A DNA stretch of 64,000 nt. It comes from a virus. Positions 9,570 through 18,703 of this stretch are shown piece after piece. A program made the position numbers and the translations under genes. Position 1 is the first letter of the stretch. The number at the start of each line of letters is the position of its first letter. The DNA is taken from the IMG/VR virus record IMGVR_UViG_3300044826_000112, one strand, 5' to 3'. Under the pieces are notes generated by a model. The model was not told the origin of the DNA. It saw only the letters and a program-made list of their open reading frames with translations, and made no database searches.

Positions 9570-10196
9570 ATGAACACAATTGTCGTAGGAATTGCAGGAT
9601 TGGCCGGTGCTGGCAAGGATACCTTCGCAAACTACCTCATCGAAGAGCTGAAGAAGTACCAGGTGAGCGTCGGCACGTATGCCTTCGCAGAGCCGGTTAA
9701 GCACGTTGCAGGATATGTTTTCGGTATGACCGAGGAAGAGCTTCACACCCAGGCTGGTAAAGCTGCAGTGGCTATTCATGGCTACGGCTTGACCAACCGT
9801 GAGATTCTCCAAAAGGTTGGTACCGAGAGCTTCCGCGACGTGTTTGCCCAGCAGATCTGGATCGACTTCGCTAATCGAGTACTGAGTGAGCGGACCGAGG
9901 TCTTTACCATCATCACCGATCTCCGTTTCGAGAACGAACTGAACTTCGTTCAAAGCAACGGCATTTCCATCCGGATCGACGCACCAAAACGGAACAAGAT
10001 TACAGTGCCTGATCACCCGTCTGAACGCTTCGTGCAGAACATGCCGGTAGATGTCGTTGTTAGCAACGATGGCTCCCTGGCAGACTTGCAAGTAGCAGCG
10101 GCCGAGGTGGCACAAGTGCTGATTTTCCCTTTAGCTGAGCAGCTTCAGGGTAACATTGGAGCTAACTATGCTAGCCATTTCAAACCTGCCGTCTGA
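9570..10196 (+). CDS. Deoxynucleoside monophosphate kinase (T4 gp1-like)
   Basis: P-loop GLAGAGKDT, FAEPVK, REILQKVGTE, ITDLRFENE, HPSE. Confidence 0.9.
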   Translation: MNTIVVGIAGLAGAGKDTFANYLIEELKKYQVSVGTYAFAEPVKHVAGYVFGMTEEELHTQAGKAAVAIHGYGLTNREILQKVGTESFRDVFAQQIWIDFANRVLSERTEVFTIITDLRFENELNFVQSNGISIRIDAPKRNKITVPDHPSERFVQNMPVDVVVSNDGSLADLQVAAAEVAQVLIFPLAEQLQGNIGANYASHFKPAV

Positions 10197-10863
10197 CGGT
10201 AGTGATTGGGGTCCTATGGACCCCACCTTTTCTTTTAGCCATGACGTAAATTCCCCACTGCGAAATATCCAGTGCGGCAAGCGAGATCAGTATCCTCTAA
10301 ACGAATTGGATATGGTCTACTCCCCAGAGAAACCTGAAGATATCCATACGATGCACTTCGTCATCGATGAGATTGAAGAAGAACCTGAAGATACCGAATA
10401 TGTTTTCATTGATAGTCCAGTTCTTTCGTATATTAGAGCCAACCTTTCCCTACTCCCTAAGTGCATGGTTACGGATCCTCTCGGTGATGTTCACTATGTT
10501 TATCAATGCTACTCGTTCACGCGCCCAATCTATTACACGATTTCAGATAACATCGTGTCTATCAGCCGTAATCGCCCTGTTTATCCTTTTGGGTCTACTT
10601 GTAGCGATTTCGATGTATCTCTTCTCCTGGATCACCGTCCCCGCCTCGTAGAGGCAACCTACCTCTTAAGCTTCTCCCCTGTCGACACCATGATGATCTT
10701 TGGTGGGCGTTATGACGTCGTCGGGAAATTCTTCAAGTACGGTAAGGAATTCTGGGGAGATGTGAAGGAGCATCTGATGGATATCGTTCAGGAGCAGGAA
10801 CGCCGTCGGATTGCCGAACAAAAGCTCTATAACTACACAGAAATGCTCTTCTCCAAGGTATAA
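10168..10863 (+). CDS. Hypothetical protein
   Basis: ATG 10168 after GGAG; about 231 aa. Confidence 0.65.
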   Translation: MLAISNLPSDGSDWGPMDPTFSFSHDVNSPLRNIQCGKRDQYPLNELDMVYSPEKPEDIHTMHFVIDEIEEEPEDTEYVFIDSPVLSYIRANLSLLPKCMVTDPLGDVHYVYQCYSFTRPIYYTISDNIVSISRNRPVYPFGSTCSDFDVSLLLDHRPRLVEATYLLSFSPVDTMMIFGGRYDVVGKFFKYGKEFWGDVKEHLMDIVQEQERRRIAEQKLYNYTEMLFSKV

Positions 10864-10874
10864 GTATATTGGAG
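10857..10874 (+). promoter_or_regulatory. Phage GGTATAAG promoter motif
   Basis: GGTATAAGTATATTGGAG overlapping the upstream stop codon. Confidence 0.55.
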
Positions 10875-10906
10875 GTGGATAAGATGCCACCGTAACTTCG
10901 GAGAGT

Positions 10907-11167
10907 ATGATGTTTCAAGTAAGAATCCCTATGGCAGGTCGATCTGCCAAGGATATGTTGGACTTCGCCCAAAGCAAGGCTAAGGAGCGTAAGGGATGCC
11001 TGATTATGGGCACAACGGAAGCTGGTCAGGTGCACGATGATGGTAAGCATCTTGCAAACTATCATTTTGACGCAGACCACATGGTCGTCAACGTACTCCA
11101 CAAGCCCTTGTTCGTTCCCCAAGGGTTGGTAGAACGGGAATTACACAAGTTATTTGCGGCGAGCTAA
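10907..11167 (+). CDS. Hypothetical protein
   Basis: GGAGAG RBS, 86 aa. Confidence 0.65.
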   Translation: MMFQVRIPMAGRSAKDMLDFAQSKAKERKGCLIMGTTEAGQVHDDGKHLANYHFDADHMVVNVLHKPLFVPQGLVERELHKLFAAS

Positions 11168-11188
11168 GCCCCAGAGGGGCCAAAATTT

Positions 11189-11214
11189 AAGAAGGGCACG
11201 AAGGCCCTTCTTTT
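11189..11214. terminator. Bidirectional terminator at convergent junction
   Basis: AAGAAGGGC-ACGAAG-GCCCTTCTTTT between convergent genes. Confidence 0.75.
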
Positions 11215-11605
11215 AGTCTGCAATCTCGAAGTGAGGCAGGTCGTTGAAGGAGTTATCCTTCAACTCCGTGTTCTGGTTCCAGTCACCACCCCAGCGTAGC
11301 TTGATGCCCATAGTGGCAGCGATGCCTACTACGAAGCCTGCGAAGTAACGCATGCGGTTGGTGTCGTTCCAGTCGATAGGGTAAGGCAGAACGTCAGCCG
11401 CCAGGGACGGAGTCTTGTTGTGCTTACCTTGCGGATACTTCAGCTTGGACTTACCTTCAGCGAAGGCCTTGTTCTGAGCTGCTTCTCCACGGTGACCCTC
11501 GATGACGGTGCAATCAAAGTGCTTGATGACTTCGTTGAACACCTTCTGCAGGCGTGGATCACAAGTTGCTAGCTTCTCCTGCGAAGCTTTACCGAATGCT
11601 GGCAT
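11213..11605 (-). CDS. Endolysin, L-Ala-D-Glu peptidase (M15 family, T5-like)
   Basis: VIEGHR..Q..FAEGKS, KHN..PSLAAD, RWGGDW, DLPHFE. Confidence 0.92.
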   Translation of the reverse strand: MPAFGKASQEKLATCDPRLQKVFNEVIKHFDCTVIEGHRGEAAQNKAFAEGKSKLKYPQGKHNKTPSLAADVLPYPIDWNDTNRMRYFAGFVVGIAATMGIKLRWGGDWNQNTELKDNSFNDLPHFEIAD

Positions 11606-12142
11606 TTACTTTCTCCCAGTTTGCTGGGACATCATAGGGATGTCCTTCATGTCAGAAGACTTGGACGAACCGAAGTAGTAGTTCAGGATAGTTGTCCACG
11701 CCGTGCCTAGCGAACCTAAAAGGATGTTCAGCACGTTTAGCATTGTACCCTCGACCTTCACGAAGATCAGGGTGAACAGGATACCAAAGAACCCTACTGT
11801 AACGGCCCCGGCAAGAGCACGGGGAGTCCAGTCTCGTAGTACGATCTCGCGTTGACGAGCGTCGGAACGATCGGCGAGATACATACCAGTTTCCTTAATG
11901 CCAAGCTCCTTCATCTTGACCTTGAAGTCGTTGTCTAGCTCCTTCATCTTGGTCAGAACTGCGGGATCACCCGTCTGAACAAGCTTCTCGAGCTTAGCTT
12001 CCAACTGGTCTTGAGTATCGCCTTCTGTGTCTCCTAGGAGACTGTCAGCGAGGAACTTAGTAGCCACGCCAGCAAGAGGACCACCAAGGGCAGTCCCCAG
12101 AGCTGGAGCGACAGTTTTAACCATGTCTCTCCATTCAAACAC
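11606..12142 (-). CDS. Putative holin (3TM/GTA-type)
   Basis: APALGTALGGP N-terminus, DRSDARQRE, two C-terminal TM segments, YYFGSS; adjacent to endolysin. Confidence 0.75.
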   Translation of the reverse strand: MFEWRDMVKTVAPALGTALGGPLAGVATKFLADSLLGDTEGDTQDQLEAKLEKLVQTGDPAVLTKMKELDNDFKVKMKELGIKETGMYLADRSDARQREIVLRDWTPRALAGAVTVGFFGILFTLIFVKVEGTMLNVLNILLGSLGTAWTTILNYYFGSSKSSDMKDIPMMSQQTGRK

Positions 12143-12500
12143 TGAATACCTCTACTACAGGCCCTCTTTGCTCAGTACTTTGATGGACAAGAGCCTTGAA
12201 GCTCTTCTTCATCGTCTCCATCGTACGCAGCAGCTGTTCCTTACTGTCGTACGCCACCGACATCTCCGAGTGTCGAACCAGCCGAGAGCCAAAACCGGAA
12301 GCGGGTTTGTTCGGATTGTACAGAGGATACTTGCCTAGCTCGTCCAGGTAGCACAGAGTCTGGTACTCTCCTAAGGTGCCATCTTCCTTGCGTTCGTGCA
12401 GAAAGATGTCCTTGGACACTTCAGACCCGTCACCTACCCGGGCCTTCAGTGTGTACTTGCCTCTCACGAGCTCATGTGTCAGCTCAAGAGTATTAGGCAT
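12135..12500 (-). CDS. Hypothetical virion-cluster protein
   Basis: ATG 12500 after GGAG. Confidence 0.65.
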   Translation of the reverse strand: MPNTLELTHELVRGKYTLKARVGDGSEVSKDIFLHERKEDGTLGEYQTLCYLDELGKYPLYNPNKPASGFGSRLVRHSEMSVAYDSKEQLLRTMETMKKSFKALVHQSTEQRGPVVEVFSV

Positions 12501-12990
12501 ATACGATTCTCCAAGAGAACTGCAGGGAGAAGGACTCATTTTTAGGTACGGCTCGGAATGTCTTGATGTTAAACATGTCGCCGGCCTTCTTGAACAAGCC
12601 TACTTCACTGATGTTCTGGTCGTTACCTTCATCCTGGGTCAGAGCGAACACTACGAGGATGTAATCCTGAGCGTCAGTATCCTTGGACGCCGTAATAGTG
12701 ATCTTGTTGTTGTTGATGTTCAGCGGTGCGTACAGGTTGTTACGGGTAGGATCCGGGTTGATCGGACGCTTACCTTCCGGGTCCATGGTACCGCCAGTAC
12801 CCACCTTGAAGCTCGTCAGGATGTCTGGACGAGCCATTTCGTCATACAGGAAGGATAGGTGGTGACGCTTACTCTTACGAGTGATCACGTTCTTCTCTTC
12901 GGTGAAGACGTTCTCGACGGTGCCATCAGCGAACACCTTGTCGATAGTAAGGTAGCCAAAGGCTACCGCATTCTCTACTAAATCCATCAT
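12493..12990 (-). CDS. Baseplate/tail-fibre attachment-type protein
   Basis: N.IT..., VGTGG, ISEVGLF, and C-terminal FSWRI pattern typical of tail-collar/baseplate proteins. Confidence 0.6.
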   Translation of the reverse strand: MMDLVENAVAFGYLTIDKVFADGTVENVFTEEKNVITRKSKRHHLSFLYDEMARPDILTSFKVGTGGTMDPEGKRPINPDPTRNNLYAPLNINNNKITITASKDTDAQDYILVVFALTQDEGNDQNISEVGLFKKAGDMFNIKTFRAVPKNESFSLQFSWRIVYA

Positions 12991-12994
12991 TTCG

Positions 12995-15214
12995 TTACAC
13001 CTTCTTGTAAATCTTCAGCGGCTTGTCCAGGTCTCCGTACACACCAGAACGGTTGAGGTACAGGGTATATCCGCCGTCTCTATCCACGTAGGCACCCTTC
13101 TCGTTATCTCGAGACATCAGGAAGGATGGCTCCAGATTGATCGTAGAGCGGTTCAGCAGAGCTGGGCGGTATCCGGTGAAGTCAGTAGCATCCGCTCCTC
13201 CCGCTGGGTAGCTCAGCTTGTTGTAGTCGAACTCGATTACCAAGTCGATCTCATCAGTACGAGGTACTGGGAAATAGGTCGGGCGAACCTTCACGTTACG
13301 CTCGATCACATATACCGCCCAGACGTGGCGGAAGATCTCTGCTACGACGATGTCTACTGTGTCGCCAAATGCCTGACGTGGAGGCACGTACATCTGTAGA
13401 TTATGGCGAGACAGCAGTGGGTCTAAGCCTAGTTCTGAGATCTGGAAGTCAAACACCTCTTCTAGCATAGGGTGGTTGAAGCCAGTGCCCGGCGTTGAAG
13501 CGACTTTGCTACGCATCATTACGTCGTCCCACACTAATTTTAGTGGAACGTTACGCACAACTTTCATTTTGGAGTTGTCCAGGTCGAAGGAGATGTACAC
13601 CTTCTTGAACTTCTCCAAGATCTCACTGGCAGTAGCCGAGTAGAGAGGGATCAGCTGCTTCTCAAGGAAAGTCTCGCCTTTATCTGCTGGATAGCAGCTC
13701 TTAGCTGGTACATTCCACTCCATGTTGTCGAACGACTCATTGATATCCCCACGGCGTCCACGGATGGCGGTGCTGCGAGTTCTGGAGATGACGTTGTCAC
13801 CACGAGTACGGAACATAGGAGCCATGCGTGCACGATCGATGTCCTCAACAAACTGGAACTCAGGGACCCAGCCACCGATACCAGAACGGACCAGTCCATC
13901 CACGTTAACCCCAATGTCATCCGCATCAGAGTCATCGCCAAGACGCTTCTTCACGCCCATCGGAACTTGGTAGCGGTTGTACCAGTTCTTACCGCGGTAG
14001 AACTCAGTCTGAGGATTGTTACGGATGAACAGCTCGATAGGCAAGCCTTGCCCCAGGTTGTCTTCGATGGAGACGTCCAGCAGATACGAGAAGTCCTCCT
14101 TCAGATCAACGATTTCATCGCCAACCGGAGCTTGCCATACGAAGATCGGGAAGGTGTAGCTAGGTTTCACACGGTCCACGATCTCACGGACGGTCTGGTA
14201 AGCATCCAGTGACACACCTGCTTGCTTAAAGAGAACCTGGAAGGTGTGGTTCTTCAGGTGAGAACGCATCAGGCGATCTGTTACGTTACCAGGCACAGCA
14301 GGTGGCAGCTCGGTGTTATTCAGCAGCTGCTTAGGGATAAAGCTGTTGATCCACCAATCGCCATCCTTTTGATAGTCACGTACCTCGATCCAAGAGGCCA
14401 GCTGCTGGCCGGACTGGATGATGTCTCCTACTTCGATGTCTGGGCGGAAACCATACGGGATGTCGTAGTACTGGGATGCAGTAACTACGATCCAGTGACC
14501 ATTCACACGGTCTTGGATAACGGATAGCACCTTCTCAGTCTGGCGGGCGTACGGCAGACCAAGAGCCAGGTTCAGACCTTGCTCGATGTACTGGATGTTA
14601 GGCCCATGGCCATATAGGAAGTACAAACCCTTCAGGAAATCTTTGTAGCGACCGATCGCCTTCTCTGGCGTCATATCAACTAAGTAGCCATACAGCTTCT
14701 CAAGCTGACCTTCATCCACGCAGTAGTCGGTTGCCCAGATGGCGTATTCCTCAACGCCCAGCTTAGTCGGACGCTTAGGGAAAGCCAGTTCGAACAGCGG
14801 ACGATACAGCAGCAGCTCACCATCGTTGATCTCGAAGTGAACACCACGCTCCAACGTAAGGGTTGGAAGCAGAGGGCGGTTCATCAAGTACTTAACAGTA
14901 GTCACACCTTCAGGAAGACGGAAGCGAACCGATAGTCCTGGCTCTGGAGAGTCCTCTTGAGACAGACGGATCAGCTTGATCTGGGAGTTGTAGGTCTCCT
15001 GGATAGAATCCAAGGAGATGTTACCTGCAAGCTGCAAGAATCGGCTGTAGACGTCACCAAGTTGGAAGGTAGACGCCTCTAGGATCCCATCGACCAGCTC
15101 GGAATCCTCAAAGATGGACACCCAGAAGTCAGACAGACCATACAGGTAAGTAAGGGAACTTTGGTTCCCTTCGTTTACGTTTAGGCCAAGCTTGCTGGCC
15201 GGGGAGATGAACAT
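12995..15214 (-). CDS. Putative baseplate wedge protein
   Basis: 739 aa, follows baseplate J-like gene; IVDRVKPSYT-like motif. Confidence 0.55.
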   Translation of the reverse strand: MFISPASKLGLNVNEGNQSSLTYLYGLSDFWVSIFEDSELVDGILEASTFQLGDVYSRFLQLAGNISLDSIQETYNSQIKLIRLSQEDSPEPGLSVRFRLPEGVTTVKYLMNRPLLPTLTLERGVHFEINDGELLLYRPLFELAFPKRPTKLGVEEYAIWATDYCVDEGQLEKLYGYLVDMTPEKAIGRYKDFLKGLYFLYGHGPNIQYIEQGLNLALGLPYARQTEKVLSVIQDRVNGHWIVVTASQYYDIPYGFRPDIEVGDIIQSGQQLASWIEVRDYQKDGDWWINSFIPKQLLNNTELPPAVPGNVTDRLMRSHLKNHTFQVLFKQAGVSLDAYQTVREIVDRVKPSYTFPIFVWQAPVGDEIVDLKEDFSYLLDVSIEDNLGQGLPIELFIRNNPQTEFYRGKNWYNRYQVPMGVKKRLGDDSDADDIGVNVDGLVRSGIGGWVPEFQFVEDIDRARMAPMFRTRGDNVISRTRSTAIRGRRGDINESFDNMEWNVPAKSCYPADKGETFLEKQLIPLYSATASEILEKFKKVYISFDLDNSKMKVVRNVPLKLVWDDVMMRSKVASTPGTGFNHPMLEEVFDFQISELGLDPLLSRHNLQMYVPPRQAFGDTVDIVVAEIFRHVWAVYVIERNVKVRPTYFPVPRTDEIDLVIEFDYNKLSYPAGGADATDFTGYRPALLNRSTINLEPSFLMSRDNEKGAYVDRDGGYTLYLNRSGVYGDLDKPLKIYKKV

Positions 15215-15216
15215 GC

Positions 15217-16776
15217 TTATCCTCCGTTAACTACGAAGCGGTTAAGCAGGAATTTCTGTGTGGTGGACAGGTTGAAAGTATCGTTGATAGTTCCAGAGGC
15301 CACTTCCAGGTTCTTGTTTACTGCTGCGTAGGGAATCTCGATTGGGGTTACGATACCCTTGATCCCTGCGTCATCCAGGATGGCTGTCAGCTCCGATACG
15401 TAGAAGATGCCACCACGTTTGATGCCTTCGACATACTCACGAACAGCCTTCTCAGTTGTCACTGCATCGTACACCACAGGGCTGTGAGTACTGATGTTAA
15501 CATCAAGCTGCACCGGTTCAAACCCGCGGGCCATGTAGTTAGCACAAACGACGCGGTTTAGCTTAGCCTTCAGGTATTCCTCGATGTCGCTGATGCCCAC
15601 GAAGGACTTCACGATCAAGGATGCAGTGCTGTCTTTGTGCATATCGCCAAAGGAGATCTTCAGTTGCTGACGAGCAGACAGACCAAAGTCCTTCAGAGGG
15701 TTTACTGGCACGCCATTGTTGTAGCGAGTACCTTCAGAGATCGTTACGGACATAGGAGCATTAGCAGGCACCAAGTCGTCTACCCCATCTGGATCACCTG
15801 TTACTGGCGAGCGAGATACGTGATAGATCGGACCCTGGATGTACACATCGCCGTGTTCATCGGTGATGTACTGCTTGACGGTCTTGGTGATTGGCGTACT
15901 GCAATACACATCGACGTGTCCACCAGACTTGTAGGTGATGTGTCCGCCCGGGGCGTCCGGATCGTTGATAGTTACCTGGTCACGGTACATCTCCTTGTCA
16001 CCATGGCCAACCACGAGAATATCCCGTACATAGTCAAAGACGTCATGTAGACGAGCCTCGACAGATGGGTCGTTGATCAGGTTACGAGTAGAGATAGCCG
16101 TCGGAGCACGGGTTACCATCTCAGTGTTCTTCTCACGAGCCACAGCTGCCTTCTCAAGGTATAAAACGGTACCTTTGATGAAGTACGGGGAGAAAATCGT
16201 GAAGTAGATCAGGTCGCCTTCCTCAAGGCTGTAGTCTTCTGACGGAGCCTCAGAGATCAGGGACAGGTCGGCATACCACAGATCTTCCGCAGAGTCGTAC
16301 TGCATGTAAGTAACGCCTGGCACCGGTGTGTTTGTCGGAGGATCTACCGTCAGGGATGCCTGTGGGTAGAACTTACGCTCGTTATCCGTGGAGAAGTACG
16401 CTGTAGATGGGATCTGCAGGGACTGTGGACGGTTGCCCGGGAAGGCAAAGTACAGACGAGCACGCACAACGGAGTTCTCACCAGCCTTACGGGTGATGAA
16501 GAAGTTGGACAGGATCTTATCAGCCGTCTCTTCTGGCGTATCGTTGGTGATATCCTTGATGGACATCTGTTCGAAGTACACAGCGATTGCCTTGTTAACT
16601 AACGCAATAAGCGTAGCACTAGGACGGATCACCATGTCTCGCACACCGGTACCTTGACGGAAGTCTACTTCCGGGAACTTCGATTCCAGATACTGTTGGG
16701 CGAACACTTCGGCCTGGAGGACGTCGTCACGAGTCAGCTCCAGTTCATTCATAATTCCGAAAATGTTAGACATCAT
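15217..16776 (-). CDS. Baseplate J / gp6-like wedge protein
   Basis: VDFRQGTGVRDMVIRP, NFFITRKAG, RE...EMVTR motifs; synteny with gp25-like gene. Confidence 0.75.
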   Translation of the reverse strand: MMSNIFGIMNELELTRDDVLQAEVFAQQYLESKFPEVDFRQGTGVRDMVIRPSATLIALVNKAIAVYFEQMSIKDITNDTPEETADKILSNFFITRKAGENSVVRARLYFAFPGNRPQSLQIPSTAYFSTDNERKFYPQASLTVDPPTNTPVPGVTYMQYDSAEDLWYADLSLISEAPSEDYSLEEGDLIYFTIFSPYFIKGTVLYLEKAAVAREKNTEMVTRAPTAISTRNLINDPSVEARLHDVFDYVRDILVVGHGDKEMYRDQVTINDPDAPGGHITYKSGGHVDVYCSTPITKTVKQYITDEHGDVYIQGPIYHVSRSPVTGDPDGVDDLVPANAPMSVTISEGTRYNNGVPVNPLKDFGLSARQQLKISFGDMHKDSTASLIVKSFVGISDIEEYLKAKLNRVVCANYMARGFEPVQLDVNISTHSPVVYDAVTTEKAVREYVEGIKRGGIFYVSELTAILDDAGIKGIVTPIEIPYAAVNKNLEVASGTINDTFNLSTTQKFLLNRFVVNGG

Positions 16777-16781
16777 TTACC

Positions 16782-17282
16782 TCATGCGTTGAAGACCATA
16801 CCGGTGCTAGTGAACGGGACGGAGATTGGGGCAGACTTACCGGCCTTCGTGAGAACACGTAGCTGCACGATAGTGTACTCGTCGCCCTGTCTTGCATCCA
16901 GTACCTCTACGCTATCCATTTGGGATTCAAGACTGTACTTATTGCTGTTCAGGATGTTCTTCGCTTGATCTACTGCTGACTTCACGCTGACTTCGATGGC
17001 AGATTTAGCCTCAGAGGTCGAGTAAGTCCCGACGTTCGAGTACTGCATGAAATCCTGGAAGTCCGTGCCAAGAGAGGTGTTGATGACATCGCTGCCTCTT
17101 CTCGTAGTCAGGCACTTCAGGAAGACCTGCACGACCTTCTCAACACCGGTGATTCTCCGAGGGGTTGCCCCTAGCGTGAATTTCAGCTTGGAGTTAGGGA
17201 ACCCGTCTGGGAAGTCAAACAGCAGTAAGTCATAGCGGTCGTTCTTTCGCAGGTTCACATCGTTACGTAGACGACTTGTCAT
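16782..17282 (-). CDS. gp25/GPW-like baseplate wedge subunit
   Basis: KVVQVFLKCLTTRRGSD...LGT pattern. Confidence 0.7.
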   Translation of the reverse strand: MTSRLRNDVNLRKNDRYDLLLFDFPDGFPNSKLKFTLGATPRRITGVEKVVQVFLKCLTTRRGSDVINTSLGTDFQDFMQYSNVGTYSTSEAKSAIEVSVKSAVDQAKNILNSNKYSLESQMDSVEVLDARQGDEYTIVQLRVLTKAGKSAPISVPFTSTGMVFNA

Positions 17283-17285
17283 GGA

Positions 17286-17666
17286 TTACCTCTGTACTAG
17301 TTCTCTCCCTTGCAGCAGGTTTTTGCTAACCTGGTGGGAGTATTTCCACTGATCACCTACTCGTCTTGCCTCAGCGGCTGCATCGGCTAGATAGCCTTTA
17401 CGAGTGGTAAGGCGGAGTTCATATTCGTGCTGGAGGGACTCAACGTCCCGATAGGCTGTCAGCATAGCCCCTTCAGATCGGCTGGCACTCGAGTCGATCC
17501 TGGATTGGATCGAACGTACAAGCGTATCTAAAAAAATACCGTTGAGATAATCTTGAGGCTCTCCTAAAGGAGAAGCGGGGTCCCCATGGAACCCCGCGAC
17601 TGCATCAAGATACTTCTGAACGGCATCGTATAGCTTGCTGACCTCCGATGGAGTGTCTACTGCCAT
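17286..17666 (-). CDS. Hypothetical protein
   Basis: 126-aa ORF in operon. Confidence 0.65.
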   Translation of the reverse strand: MAVDTPSEVSKLYDAVQKYLDAVAGFHGDPASPLGEPQDYLNGIFLDTLVRSIQSRIDSSASRSEGAMLTAYRDVESLQHEYELRLTTRKGYLADAAAEARRVGDQWKYSHQVSKNLLQGRELVQR

Positions 17667-17667
17667 A

Positions 17668-18408
17668 TTACCATTCTCCGTAATCCTTGATGAGCTTCTC
17701 TACCTTCTCACGCAGCTTACGAACCGCATAGTTGTATGCGTTGATGTTCATGTTCATACGTGCTGCGGTCTGACCGGCTGGTACATCATTAGCACGATCA
17801 TTGAAGAGTTCAAGCTCTTCTTTGGTCAGGTGGCTCTTGATGTAGTTTAGCTTGATGGCATCTTGATTGAAACCACTATGCTCCTTGGCATAAGTCGCAC
17901 CAGATTCACTGAAATCGTTGAAGATCAGTGTGGCGAACTTGCTGGTTTCCTTCTCTGTCCACCCAAGCTTATGGGCCAGCTCTTTGTGGTTTGGCTGACG
18001 ACCAAGCTCATCTTCCAGCTGGGTACGAGCGTTGTTGTACTGACCATACAGACGCTGCTTGTCTTCCCCCATATCCGCAAAGTTCTGGTGCTGGTAGTTC
18101 AGACGCTTGGTCTTCTGCACCCAGTTGTAAGCGTGAGTGGACAGCTTAGTGCCTTTGTCCGGGCTGTACGTGTTGATTGCACGGATGGTCCAGCTAACGG
18201 CTTCACCCTTCAGGGCTGACTGCGGCAGGGAACCAGACAGAGCGTTCACTTCCTTCAAGATGATGGGTTTGAGGCTGTTAACCAGATCCCGCAAAGCTCT
18301 CTTGTCGCCGGTACTTTTCCAGCGAGTGTAGAGCTCCATATCCCGATCGCCTAGATTGGCGTTCGTTTGTGCCTGAGTTAGAGGCGGCTTGTTATCTTCA
18401 TCGAACAT
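17668..18408 (-). CDS. Phage sigma70-family RNA polymerase sigma factor (candidate late sigma)
   Basis: GDKRALRDLV (region 1.2/2.1), AINTYSPDKGTKLSTHAYNWV (region 2.3-2.4), LEDELGRQPNHKELAHKLGW (region 3), region 4-like C-terminus. Confidence 0.85.
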   Translation of the reverse strand: MFDEDNKPPLTQAQTNANLGDRDMELYTRWKSTGDKRALRDLVNSLKPIILKEVNALSGSLPQSALKGEAVSWTIRAINTYSPDKGTKLSTHAYNWVQKTKRLNYQHQNFADMGEDKQRLYGQYNNARTQLEDELGRQPNHKELAHKLGWTEKETSKFATLIFNDFSESGATYAKEHSGFNQDAIKLNYIKSHLTKEELELFNDRANDVPAGQTAARMNMNINAYNYAVRKLREKVEKLIKDYGEW

Positions 18409-18409
18409 C

Positions 18410-18688
18410 TTAAACCTCTTGTGTTAAGTTGAAACTCGTAACGACCATGTACGTGTAGTTCATCAGATAATCTTGCATCAGTCGACTGCAACGACGAAGG
18501 ACAAAGCAGTCCTTCGCATTAGATGTTTTAGACAGGTAGCCGCCGTTGTAGATTTCCTTAGGGATTGCGTAAGACCATCTACGAACGGTGTTGATGCCGG
18601 TACTTTCCAGTTCTCCTTGGGCGTCGGACGAACCGACGACCTTGGAGGTACTATCCACGTCGCTAGGAGACCATTCAGGATACACCAT
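18410..18688 (-). CDS. Hypothetical protein
   Basis: 92-aa ORF filling the gap; GAGG RBS and a GGTATAAGTAC motif immediately upstream (18690-18700, - strand). Confidence 0.5.
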   Translation of the reverse strand: MVYPEWSPSDVDSTSKVVGSSDAQGELESTGINTVRRWSYAIPKEIYNGGYLSKTSNAKDCFVLRRCSRLMQDYLMNYTYMVVTSFNLTQEV

Positions 18689-18703
18689 AGTACTTATACC
18701 TCG

